A DNA stretch of 64,000 nt, taken from NCBI GenBank assembly GCA_035507775.1, contig DATJNU010000042.1, forward strand, positions 405 to 64,404. The letters are read 5' to 3'. Positions 56,452-64,000 of the stretch are shown here, one piece after another. The notes below the pieces were generated by a model, which searched no databases, was not told the DNA's origin, and saw nothing but the letters and a program-made list of their open reading frames with translations. The position numbers and the translations under genes are program-made. The DNA comes from Jatrophihabitans sp. Lineage in GTDB: Bacteria; Actinomycetota; Actinomycetes; Mycobacteriales; Jatrophihabitantaceae. Within the stretch, counting starts at the first letter, position 1. Each line of letters opens with the position of its first letter.

Positions 56452-57776
56452 CGGTGCCTCGGCTGACCCGGCAGGCCTTCGCCGGCCTCGGCCGGCAGAC
56501 CTTCGCGTCCCTGGCCAACCCGAACTACCGCAGGTACTTCCGCGGCCAGGCGGTGTCGCTGGTCGGCACCTGGATGCAGACCGTGGCCCAGTCGTGGCTG
56601 GTGCTGGAGCTGACCGGTTCGGGCACCGACCTCGGCGTGGTCGTGGCGTTGCAGACGCTGCCGGTGCTGCTGCTCGGGCCGTACGGCGGCGTGGTGGCCG
56701 ACCGGATGGACAAGCGCCGGCTGATGATCGGCCTGCAGTCGATGATGGGGGTGCTCGCCGCGGTCCTGGCCGTGCTCACCCTCACCGACGTCGTGCGGCT
56801 GTGGCACGTCTACCTGCTGGCCTTCCTGCTCGGTCTGAACAACTGCTTCGAGAACCCGGCCCGCCAGTCCTTCGTGCTCGAACTGGTCGGCCCGGCGGAC
56901 CTGCGCAACGCGGTCAGCCTCAACTCGGTGCTGGTCAACGTGGCCCGCGCGGTCGGCCCGGCGGTCGCCGGCGTGATCATCGCCGCCGGCGGTCTCGGCA
57001 TCTGCTTCCTGCTGAACGCGGTGAGCTTCGTGGCCGTGGTCTGGTCGCTGGCGACCCTGGACACCGCGGCGCTGCAGCAGGCACCGCCCGCGGCCCGGGC
57101 CAGGGGGCAGCTGCGGGAGGGCCTCGGCTACGTCCGGCGCAGCCCGCGGTTGGCGATTCCGCTGCTGATGATGGCGATCGTCGGTTGCTTGGCCTACGAG
57201 TTCCAGGTGACCCTGCCGGTCGTGGCCAAGCAGACCTTCCACGGCGATGCCTCCAGCTACGGCTTCATGACGGCCGCGATGGGGGCCGGCGCGGTGGTGG
57301 GCGGGCTGTACGTCGCGGCCCGCGGCCAGACCGGGGTGCGCTCGCTGGTGCGGTCGGCCGCGATGTTCACGGTGGTGCTCACCGCGGCCACCCTGGCGCC
57401 GACGCTCTGGGCCGAACTCGTCGCGCTCGCGCTGGTGGGCGCGGTGAGCGTCGGCTTCCTCTCCAAGGGCAACAGCACCCTGCAGCTGGAGGCGAGCCCG
57501 CAGATGCGCGGCCGGGTGATGGCGCTCTGGGCGGTGGCGTTCCTCGGTTCCACGCCGATCGGCGGCCCGATCGCGGGGTGGGTCAGCGAGACGCTCGGTG
57601 GCCGGGCGGGCCTGGCGCTGGCGGCGCTGGCCTGCGCGGCGGCGGCCGTGCTCGGGGAACTGACGGTGCGGCGGCTCGAACGCCGGCCCGCCGCGCTCGC
57701 CAGCCGCCCGGCAGCGGTGGTCGTGGCCGAGGACGACGCCGGGGTTGCCCTGTCGCGGCGGGACATTCGTCGCTAG
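56448..57776 (+). CDS. MFS transporter (EntS/MFS_3-like efflux type)
   Basis: ATG overlaps the MarR stop (ATGA). 442 aa with about 12 TM spans: FRGQAVSLVGTWMQTVAQSWLVL...GGVVADRMDKRR. Confidence 0.88.
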   Translation: MTVPRLTRQAFAGLGRQTFASLANPNYRRYFRGQAVSLVGTWMQTVAQSWLVLELTGSGTDLGVVVALQTLPVLLLGPYGGVVADRMDKRRLMIGLQSMMGVLAAVLAVLTLTDVVRLWHVYLLAFLLGLNNCFENPARQSFVLELVGPADLRNAVSLNSVLVNVARAVGPAVAGVIIAAGGLGICFLLNAVSFVAVVWSLATLDTAALQQAPPAARARGQLREGLGYVRRSPRLAIPLLMMAIVGCLAYEFQVTLPVVAKQTFHGDASSYGFMTAAMGAGAVVGGLYVAARGQTGVRSLVRSAAMFTVVLTAATLAPTLWAELVALALVGAVSVGFLSKGNSTLQLEASPQMRGRVMALWAVAFLGSTPIGGPIAGWVSETLGGRAGLALAALACAAAAVLGELTVRRLERRPAALASRPAAVVVAEDDAGVALSRRDIRR

Positions 57777-57847
57777 CGTGAGAGCGGGTCGAACAGAGGC
57801 TCTCATCCCGACGGCGGCCTGGCTGCCATTCGACGAGGAGTAACGAG

Positions 57848-58093
57848 ATGACCGAGACCGAAGGACCTGCCGACAGTGGAGCCGAGGGTGTGCCGGGCCA
57901 GCACGACGGCGGCGCGGACGGCGGTGCCGAGGGCCCGGCCGACGGCGGCGCGAACGGCGTTCCCGGTGAGCACGACGGCGGCGCGGACGGCGGCGCCGAC
58001 GGCGGTGCCGAGGGCCCGGCCGACGGTGGTGCCGATGGCGGGGCGGACACCGCTGCCGGCCAGCACGACGGTGGCGCGGACGGCGGCGCCTGA
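57848..58093 (+). CDS. 81-aa acidic Gly/Ala/Asp repeat peptide with three (Q/E)HDGGADGGA boxes
   Basis: ATG 57848 lies 7 nt after GAGGAG. Third codon positions are strongly G/C. It contains no Cys, Lys, Arg or aromatic residues. Repeats: VPGQHDGGADGGAEGPADGGANG / VPGEHDGGADGGADGGAEGPADGGADGGADTAAG / QHDGGADGGA. Confidence 0.55.
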   Translation: MTETEGPADSGAEGVPGQHDGGADGGAEGPADGGANGVPGEHDGGADGGADGGAEGPADGGADGGADTAAGQHDGGADGGA

Positions 58094-58167
58094 GCGCTGA
58101 CCAGCCGGTCGTCGGGGCCGGTCCGGGCAGCGCGCCCGCGGCCGGCCCCGGTCACCGGCCCGCCGCG

Positions 58168-59382
58168 GTGCTGCCCCGGTGTGTGGGGGTCCCGGCCGGC
58201 ACGTTCGCGGCGGAGGTCTGGTCGCGTCGGCCACTGCTCACCCCGGCGGCCGACAGCGGTGCCGATTTCACCGACCTGCTCTCCCTCGCGGCGGTGGACG
58301 AGCTGCTCTCGCGCCGCGGCCTGCGCACGCCGTTCATCAGGATGGCCAAGCAGGGCACGGTGATTCCGGCCCGCGAGTACACCCGTTCGGGTGGCCAGGG
58401 CGCCGGCGTCGCCGACCAGGTCGCCGACGACCAGGTGCTGCGGCTGGTGGCCGACGGCGCGACGCTGGTGTTGCAGGGGCTGCACCGGCTGTGGCCGCCG
58501 CTGATCGAGTTCGGCGGCCGGCTGACCGCCGAACTCGGCCACCCGGTGCAGATCAACGCCTACCTGACCCCGCCGCTGAACCAGGGCTTCGCGCCGCACT
58601 ACGACACCCACGACGTCTTCGTGCTGCAGGTCGCCGGCCCGAAGCGCTGGGTGATCCACCCCCCGGTGCTGGTCGATCCGCTGCCCGGCCAGGACTGGGA
58701 GAAGCACCGGGACGCGGTCACCGAACGGGCCGCCACGCAGCCGCTGCTGGACGTCGTGCTGCAGCCCGGGGATGCCCTCTACCTGCCCCGCGGATTCGTC
58801 CATTCCGCCATGGCACAAGGCGAAACCTCACTGCACCTGACGGTGGGCGTGCACCCGGTCACCCGGTACCGGCTGCTGCAGCAGTTGCTCGCCGAGGCCG
58901 CGGACGAGCCCAGCCTGCGGGCGTCGCTGCCGGTCGACCCGGCGATCGGCGGTGCGGAGCCGGCGCTGGAGTCGTGGCTGGCCGGCCCGCTGGCCGACAC
59001 CGTCGCGGCCTTCACGACCTTCGCCGAGGGCCCGCGGCTGCCCGGCGTGGCGGCCCGGCTCGCCGACGAGCTGGCCGGCGCTACCCGGCCGGCGCCGATC
59101 GAGCCGCTGGCGCAGCTGGCCGCGCTGCAGGCACTGGGCCCGGAGTCCACCTTCCGGCTGCGGGCCGGGCTGCGGGTGCGGCTCGACCGGTCCGGTGCGG
59201 GGATCCGGCTGCGGGCGCTGGGAACCACGCTCGACCTGGCACCGGCCACCGAGCCGGCGCTGAAGCCGGTGCTCGCCGGGGAGCCGGTGTGCGCCCGTGG
59301 CCTGCCCGGCCTGGCCGGGCCCGAGGCGCTGGAGCTGGTGCGCAGCCTGGTCACCGCGGCGGTGCTGGTGCCGGTTGACTGA
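58168..59382 (+). CDS. JmjC/cupin_4 family Fe(II)/2-oxoglutarate-dependent oxygenase (ribosomal-oxygenase-like)
   Basis: 404 aa with facial-triad context GFAPHYDTHDVFVLQVAGPKRW (H-x-D) and GDALYLPRGFVHSA (distal His). The C-terminal helical/winged-helix-like part is typical of the family. Confidence 0.8.
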   Translation: MLPRCVGVPAGTFAAEVWSRRPLLTPAADSGADFTDLLSLAAVDELLSRRGLRTPFIRMAKQGTVIPAREYTRSGGQGAGVADQVADDQVLRLVADGATLVLQGLHRLWPPLIEFGGRLTAELGHPVQINAYLTPPLNQGFAPHYDTHDVFVLQVAGPKRWVIHPPVLVDPLPGQDWEKHRDAVTERAATQPLLDVVLQPGDALYLPRGFVHSAMAQGETSLHLTVGVHPVTRYRLLQQLLAEAADEPSLRASLPVDPAIGGAEPALESWLAGPLADTVAAFTTFAEGPRLPGVAARLADELAGATRPAPIEPLAQLAALQALGPESTFRLRAGLRVRLDRSGAGIRLRALGTTLDLAPATEPALKPVLAGEPVCARGLPGLAGPEALELVRSLVTAAVLVPVD

Positions 59383-60349
59383 CCGGTGCGCCCCGGCCGC
59401 CCGGGTCCGGGGTGACGAGATGCTCGGCACCGCCTTCCCCGCCGGCCGGCTGTTGCTGGTCGAGCAGCTGGGCGGCTGGGGGCTGACGGGAGTCGGCGGC
59501 AGCCGGTTCGACCAGCGGATCGCCGGCCGGCTGATCCGCGAGCTCGGCAGCCAGGGCGTCCGGGTGCTGGCCGTGCGCCGGCCCGGTCGCAGGCCTGCGA
59601 CGGCCGTCCGCCGGTGGGCCGTCGCCGACTGCCGGGCCGGGCGGGCGTCACTGGCCTGGGGCGAATTCGAGACGGAGGCCGACCTGCTCGGCCTCGACCC
59701 CGACCTGCTCGGCCCAGACCTGCTCGGCCCAGACCTGCTCGACCCCGACCGCGCCCCCGACTCCGCGTACCCCGACCCCGACTCCGCGTACTCCGACTCC
59801 GACTACTCCGACTCCGACTCCGGCCTGCCGGCCACCCGGCCGGTCTATCTGGTCTGCACGCACGGCAGGCACGACGTGTGCTGCGCCGTCGAGGGGCGGC
59901 CGGTGGCGGCGGCGCTGGACCGGCTGTGCCCCGACCGGGTCTGGGAGTGCAGCCACGTCGGCGGCGACCGGTTCGCGGCCAACGTGCTGGTGCTGCCCAC
60001 CGGCCAGCTCTACGGCCGGGTCACCGATCCGGCGGCGCTGGTCGGCGCCACCGAGGCCGGCGAGGTGCTGCTGGCGAACCTGCGCGGCCAGATCGGGGTG
60101 CCGCCGGTGGTGCAGGCCGCCCTCGCACACGCCCAGCGGGTCCTGGCCGTCCGCCGGCCCGGCCGGCTCCGGCCGCTCGGCGTGACCGGCGAACCGCCGC
60201 TGCAGCAGGTACGCCTGGCGACCCCGTCCGGCGCCTGCACCGTGTCGGTGGAGCGGGTCACCGGCGACGCGGCCCGGCTGACCTGTCGCGCCACCGCCGA
60301 CCGGGTGCCGATCGGCTACCGGCCGGTCTCGCTGGTGCTGGCGGACTGA
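59375..60349 (+). CDS. sucrase/ferredoxin-like (thioredoxin-like Fe-S) family protein with internal repeat insertion
   Basis: Family motifs VYLVCTHGRHDVCCAVEG and CSHVGGDRFAANV are present. The family N-terminus (RC..A...GD.MLGTA......LLVEQ.GGWG) requires a start upstream of ATG 59420. TTG 59375 (8-nt overlap with the oxygenase gene) or ATG 59297 are candidates. Confidence 0.7.
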   Translation: MTDRCAPAARVRGDEMLGTAFPAGRLLLVEQLGGWGLTGVGGSRFDQRIAGRLIRELGSQGVRVLAVRRPGRRPATAVRRWAVADCRAGRASLAWGEFETEADLLGLDPDLLGPDLLGPDLLDPDRAPDSAYPDPDSAYSDSDYSDSDSGLPATRPVYLVCTHGRHDVCCAVEGRPVAAALDRLCPDRVWECSHVGGDRFAANVLVLPTGQLYGRVTDPAALVGATEAGEVLLANLRGQIGVPPVVQAALAHAQRVLAVRRPGRLRPLGVTGEPPLQQVRLATPSGACTVSVERVTGDAARLTCRATADRVPIGYRPVSLVLAD

Positions 60350-60792
60350 AGCCGGTCGAGGAACTCCACCTGGGCCTGCACCAGCCGCTGCCGGGCCTCC
60401 GGCTCGGTCAGCCAGGCGACCTCGGCCAGCTCGGGGAACTGCCGGAGCTGGCCGGACCGCGGCGGCCACTCCAGCTCGAACGTGCCCGGCCGCACCGCGG
60501 CCAGGTCGATCTCGCCGGCGCCGGCGTACACCAGCACCTGCTTGCCGCCGCGCTGGGTCACGGTGCCCAGGTCGAGCAGCTCGACGGCCGGCACCGGCAC
60601 GCCCACCTCCTCGGCGAACTCCCGCCGGGCCGCGTCGGCCGGCTCCTCGTCCGGGAGCAGTTCACCCTTGGGAATGGACCAGTTCCGCTCCCGGCGGCGC
60701 TCCCAGAACGGGCCGCCCATCCGCCCGAGCAGCACCTGCAGCTCGGGCTGCCGGCGGAACAGCAGGATGCCGGCACTGCGCTTACCCGCCAT
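60316..60792 (-). CDS. NUDIX hydrolase
   Basis: ATG comp. 60790-60792, 158 aa. Nudix box GELLPDEEPADAARREFAEEVGV. There is a convergent 34-nt overlap with the preceding gene. Confidence 0.8.
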   Translation of the reverse strand: MAGKRSAGILLFRRQPELQVLLGRMGGPFWERRRERNWSIPKGELLPDEEPADAARREFAEEVGVPVPAVELLDLGTVTQRGGKQVLVYAGAGEIDLAAVRPGTFELEWPPRSGQLRQFPELAEVAWLTEPEARQRLVQAQVEFLDRLQSASTSETGR

Positions 60793-60809
60793 CGGGCCAG
60801 TATGCCGGC

Positions 60810-62021
60810 TCAGGCCGGCACGGTGACCGGCTGCCGCGCGGTGCTGCCGAGCTCGTCGTCGACGTACTGCCGCCGGCCGGCGTAGAGCCCGAACAGGCTG
60901 GACAGCAGGTTCGCGGTGAGCAGCAGCAGCAGCGGCCCGGTCCAGTCCTGGTCGGTGACGTCGAGCAGCAGGCCGACCAGCAGCGGGCCGGTGCCGGCGA
61001 TCAGGTAGCCGACCCCCTGGCTGAATGCCGACAGCGCGGCCGTGCTCGGCACCGCGCGGGAGCGCAGCCCGATCAGGGTGAGGGTGAGCGGGAACATCCC
61101 GCTGCCGATGCCGCCGAACAGCATCCACGCCCAGGCACCGCCGGCCGGGGCCAGCAGCATGCCGAGGTAGCCCGCGGTGGCCGCGACCCCGAGCACCACC
61201 ACCGACAGCCGGGGGGCACGCGCGGCGGCCGCGGGGATCACCATCGAGATCGGGATGGACAGCGCCGCGAAGAAGGCGACCAGGGCACCGGCCGTGGCCG
61301 CGCCGATGTGGTTGTGCCGGAAGAAGTTGGTGAACCAGCCGAAGGCGATGTAGGCCTGGAACGACTGGAAGCCGAACATCAGCGCGAGTGCCCAGCCGAG
61401 CCGGGTCCGGGCGAGCAGCCGCAGCGGCAGCCGACCGGCCGCGGTCGCGGGATCCGGCCGGTCGTGCCGCAGCGTGGGCAGCCACGGCAGCACGGCCAGC
61501 GCGGTGACGATCGCCCACGAGCCGACGCCGGTCCGCCAGCCGCCGGCGGCCTGCGCGATCGGCACGGTCAGCCCGGCCGCCGCGGTCGAGCCGACCGCGA
61601 GGCTGGTGGTGTAGACGGCGGTCATCAGGCCGATCCGGTCGGCGAAATGCCGCTTGACCAGGGCCGGCATCAGCACGTTGGCGATCGCGCCGCCGGTGAG
61701 CGCGAGCAGCGAGAGCAGGCCGAAGAGCCACACCCCCGGGCTGATCGCGCGGCCGGCCAGCCCGGCGGTCGAGACGGCCAGCGAGAGCACCACCAGCCGG
61801 TGCTCGCCGAGCCGGTGGGCCAGGGCCGGGCCGAGGAAGCCGAGCGTGGCGAAGACGATCACCGGCAGCGTGGTGAGGATGCCGGCCACCCCGGACGACA
61901 CCGGCAGGCCGGCCTCCAGGTCGTCCAGCACCGCGCCGATGCTGGTCACCGCGACCCGCATGGTGAAGCCGGTGAGCGCCACCGCGCCGACCAGCAGCGC
62001 GGCGTGCCGCGGACGGGTCAC
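60810..62021 (-). CDS. MFS transporter (CynX/cyanate-permease-like)
   Basis: 403 aa with about 12 TM spans: TGFTMRVAVTSIGAVLDDL...GILTTLPVIVFA. Confidence 0.85.
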   Translation of the reverse strand: MTRPRHAALLVGAVALTGFTMRVAVTSIGAVLDDLEAGLPVSSGVAGILTTLPVIVFATLGFLGPALAHRLGEHRLVVLSLAVSTAGLAGRAISPGVWLFGLLSLLALTGGAIANVLMPALVKRHFADRIGLMTAVYTTSLAVGSTAAAGLTVPIAQAAGGWRTGVGSWAIVTALAVLPWLPTLRHDRPDPATAAGRLPLRLLARTRLGWALALMFGFQSFQAYIAFGWFTNFFRHNHIGAATAGALVAFFAALSIPISMVIPAAAARAPRLSVVVLGVAATAGYLGMLLAPAGGAWAWMLFGGIGSGMFPLTLTLIGLRSRAVPSTAALSAFSQGVGYLIAGTGPLLVGLLLDVTDQDWTGPLLLLLTANLLSSLFGLYAGRRQYVDDELGSTARQPVTVPA

Positions 62022-62037
62022 CGGCGGGAACCGCCGG

Positions 62038-62895
62038 TCACCACGGGGCGACCTCGGCCGCCGCCCGGGCGAGCACCTCGGGCACGGCCGGGTCGGCCGG
62101 ATGCCGGGTGGTCAGGTAGGCGGTGCCGAAGCCGAGTTCGTGCACGGCGCGCAGCTGGTCGATCAGCGCGTCCGGCTGCTCGGGATCGAAGCCGAACATG
62201 GTGGTCTTGGCGATGCTGGCGTAGTCGCGTCCCTCGCGCTCGCAGTGCTCGGCCAGCACCTGCAGCTTCCGGCCGGCGTCCGGGCCGGCGAAGATGTTGC
62301 AGGCGTCGGCGTACCGGGCCACCAGCCGGAGCGTCTTGCGCTCACCACCGCCACCGATCAGGATCGGCGGGTGCGGGCGCTGCACCGACTGCGGGGAGTT
62401 CACCGTCGCGCCCAGCTGGTACTCGGTTCCCGCGTACGGGCCGTCCTCGTCGCTCCAGAGCTGCCGGGCGATCTGCAGCGTCTCCTCCAACCGGCGGAAG
62501 CGCTCGGCGACCGGCGGGAAGGACAGGCCCAGGCCGATCGACTCCTGCTCGTTCCAGGCCGCGCCGATGCCCAGGAACGCCCGGCCGCCGGAGAGCACGT
62601 CCAGCGTGGTGACCGCCTTGACCAGCAGGCCCGGTGACCGGTAGACGGCGGCGGTGACCATGGCGCCCAGCTTCAGCCGCGAGGTCACCCCGGCCATGAA
62701 GCCGAGGGTCGTGTAGGCCTCCAGCATCGGGTCGGTGTGCGGGCCGATCATCTCGATCTGGAAGAGGTGATCCATCACGGTCAGCGCGTCCAGGCCGGCT
62801 TCCTCGGCCGACCGGGCGATCCGGGCGAGCGTGTGGCCGGTCGCGGCGGGCCCGTCCGGGTAGTCGAACGAGGTGACGTGCAGGGCGAGTTTCAT
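62038..62895 (-). CDS. LLM-class (luciferase-like) probable F420-dependent oxidoreductase
   Basis: ATG comp. 62893-62895: MKLALHVTSFDYPDG...LDALTVMDHLFQ...LEAYTTLGFMAGVTSRLKLGAMVT...LSGGRAFLGIGAAW. The track ORF is over-extended to 63030. Confidence 0.88.
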   Translation of the reverse strand: MKLALHVTSFDYPDGPAATGHTLARIARSAEEAGLDALTVMDHLFQIEMIGPHTDPMLEAYTTLGFMAGVTSRLKLGAMVTAAVYRSPGLLVKAVTTLDVLSGGRAFLGIGAAWNEQESIGLGLSFPPVAERFRRLEETLQIARQLWSDEDGPYAGTEYQLGATVNSPQSVQRPHPPILIGGGGERKTLRLVARYADACNIFAGPDAGRKLQVLAEHCEREGRDYASIAKTTMFGFDPEQPDALIDQLRAVHELGFGTAYLTTRHPADPAVPEVLARAAAEVAPW

Positions 62896-62953
62896 GCGTG
62901 CTCCGGGGAGGTTCGGGTGCCGGGAGGTTCCGGCAGGTCCAGCTGCTGGTGGC

Positions 62954-63988
62954 TCAGCTCGTGGCGGCCTGGCGCCAGAGGTCGATGCCGCCCTCGACAG
63001 CGTGCTCGTCGATCTCGGCCAGTTCGGCATCGGCGAAGGCCAGATTGTCCAGCGCCGCGACGTTCTGCTCCAGCTGGCGCACCGACGACGCGCCGACCAG
63101 CACCGAACTCACCCGCTCGTCCCGGGCCACCCAGGCCAGCGCGAGCTGGGCCAGGGACTGCCCGCGGCGCGAGGCGATCTCGTTCAGCGCGCGGATCCGG
63201 GCCAGGTTCTGCTCGGTCAGCAGGTCGGCCGAGAGCGAGGAGTTCTCCGCCATCCGGGAGTCGTCCGGAATGCCGTCGAGGTAGCGGTCGGTGAGCATTC
63301 CCTGCGCCAGCGGGGAGAACGCGATCACGCCGGCACCGACCTCGGCAGCGGTGGCGAGCAGGCCGTGCTCCACCCACCGGTTCAGCAGCGAGTACGACGG
63401 CTGGTGGATGAACAGCGGCGTGCCCAGGCCGCGCAGGATCTCGGCCGCCTGGCGGGTGCGGTCGGCGGAGTAGGACGAGATGCCGGCGTAGAGCGCCTTG
63501 CCGGACCGGACGGCCTGGTCGAGGGCGCCCACCGTCTCGTCCAGCGGGGTGTCCGGATCGTTGCGGTGGTGGTAGAAGACGTCGACGTAGTCCAGGCCCA
63601 GCCGCGACAGCGACTGGTCGAGGCTGGCCAGCAGGTACTTGCGCGACCCCAGGTCGCCGTACGGGCCGGGCCACATGTCCCAGCCGGCCTTGGTCGAGAT
63701 GAACAGCTCGTCCCGGTACGGCCTGAAGTCCTGGGCCAGCACCCTGCCGAAGTTCGACTCCGCCGAGCCGTACGGCGGCCCGTAGTTGTTGGCCAGGTCG
63801 AAGTGGGTAATGCCGAGGTCGAAGGCCCGGCGCAGGATCTCGCGCTGGCCCTGCAGCGGCCGGTCGTCGCCGAAGTTGTGCCAGAGGCCCAGCGAGATCA
63901 GCGGCAGCTTGATGCCGCTGGCTCCCACCCGGCGGTAGGGCATGCGCTCGTAGCGGTCGTCGGCGGCGAGATAGGTCATGTGGTTCAT
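62954..63988 (-). CDS. aldo/keto reductase (YghZ/L-glyceraldehyde-3-phosphate reductase-like)
   Basis: ISLGLWHNFG...GITHFDLANNYGPPYGSAE...FISTKAG...YVDVFYHHRND. The start is at 63988 or 63979. Confidence 0.9.
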   Translation of the reverse strand: MNHMTYLAADDRYERMPYRRVGASGIKLPLISLGLWHNFGDDRPLQGQREILRRAFDLGITHFDLANNYGPPYGSAESNFGRVLAQDFRPYRDELFISTKAGWDMWPGPYGDLGSRKYLLASLDQSLSRLGLDYVDVFYHHRNDPDTPLDETVGALDQAVRSGKALYAGISSYSADRTRQAAEILRGLGTPLFIHQPSYSLLNRWVEHGLLATAAEVGAGVIAFSPLAQGMLTDRYLDGIPDDSRMAENSSLSADLLTEQNLARIRALNEIASRRGQSLAQLALAWVARDERVSSVLVGASSVRQLEQNVAALDNLAFADAELAEIDEHAVEGGIDLWRQAATS

Positions 63989-64000
63989 TGTTTCATCGCG

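Noticed and set aside
52981-57806. 861-aa (52981..55566) and 877-aa (55173..57806) minus-strand ORFs
   Set aside because: These are shadows of the FUSC, MarR and MFS genes. Their composition is dominated by R/P/G/A/Q with no motifs.
57583-58818. 411-aa minus-strand ORF with PPSAPPSAGPSAPPS repeats opposite the 81-aa acidic peptide gene
   Set aside because: It is the mirror image of the + strand repeat. It also runs antisense through the cupin_4 oxygenase gene and lacks an SD. The + strand ORF has an ATG, a well-spaced GAGGAG and better third-position bias. Residual uncertainty is noted in the finding.

Overview
This is a very high-G+C actinobacterial chromosomal window (family not determinable without a search). 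I count about 70 protein genes and one tRNA, with many 4-nt start/stop overlaps (GTGA/ATGA). All functional calls come from motif recognition in the supplied translations; no homology search was run. The housekeeping backbone is ilvA-leuD-leuC (1-3.2 kb), mutY (16.8-17.7 kb), disA-radA-lipoprotein-carD-ispD-ispF...cysS-rlmB (26.9-36.3 kb), tRNA-Thr (41.2 kb) and dinB (46-47.2 kb). From memory, that order mirrors the mycobacterial Rv3579c-Rv3589 region. Accessory blocks sit between these genes. (1) At 3.6-8.2 kb is a translationally coupled six-gene cassette: a heme-oxygenase-like diiron oxidase (HDO), a free carrier protein, a stand-alone adenylation enzyme, a type II thioesterase, an MPN/JAB-like protein and a Dabb protein. 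It has no condensation domain and is the best candidate for an undescribed small-molecule system. (2) At 8.4-13.3 kb is an operon of a CoA-transferase, a frameshifted HMG-CoA-lyase-like gene and a NitT/TauT-type ABC importer. (3) At 13.4-16.8 kb are an IclR regulator, a methyltransferase, YciI, tautomerase and RidA-like genes, with a 4x direct-repeat operator candidate. (4) At 17.7-26.8 kb are membrane proteins, a degenerate-GGDEF protein, an alkaline-phosphatase-family protein, a long GH31 protein and a DUF4242-like gene, ending in a complex tandem-repeat array just downstream of disA. (5) At 36.3-41.1 kb are a sugar-ABC ATPase, a GH25 lysozyme, and GNAT, LacI and PlsC-like genes. (6) Downstream of tRNA-Thr are iterated copies of the tRNA 3' end, followed by a heterogeneous block that includes a ~52% G+C patch across two secreted-protein genes. 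(7) At 57.8-60.3 kb an 81-aa His/Asp/Gly-repeat acidic peptide gene precedes a JmjC/cupin_4 oxygenase and a sucrase-ferredoxin-like protein, giving a second candidate system (peptide hydroxylation). The many long ORFs rich in Arg/Pro/Gly/Ala in the track are frame shadows of real genes and were rejected.
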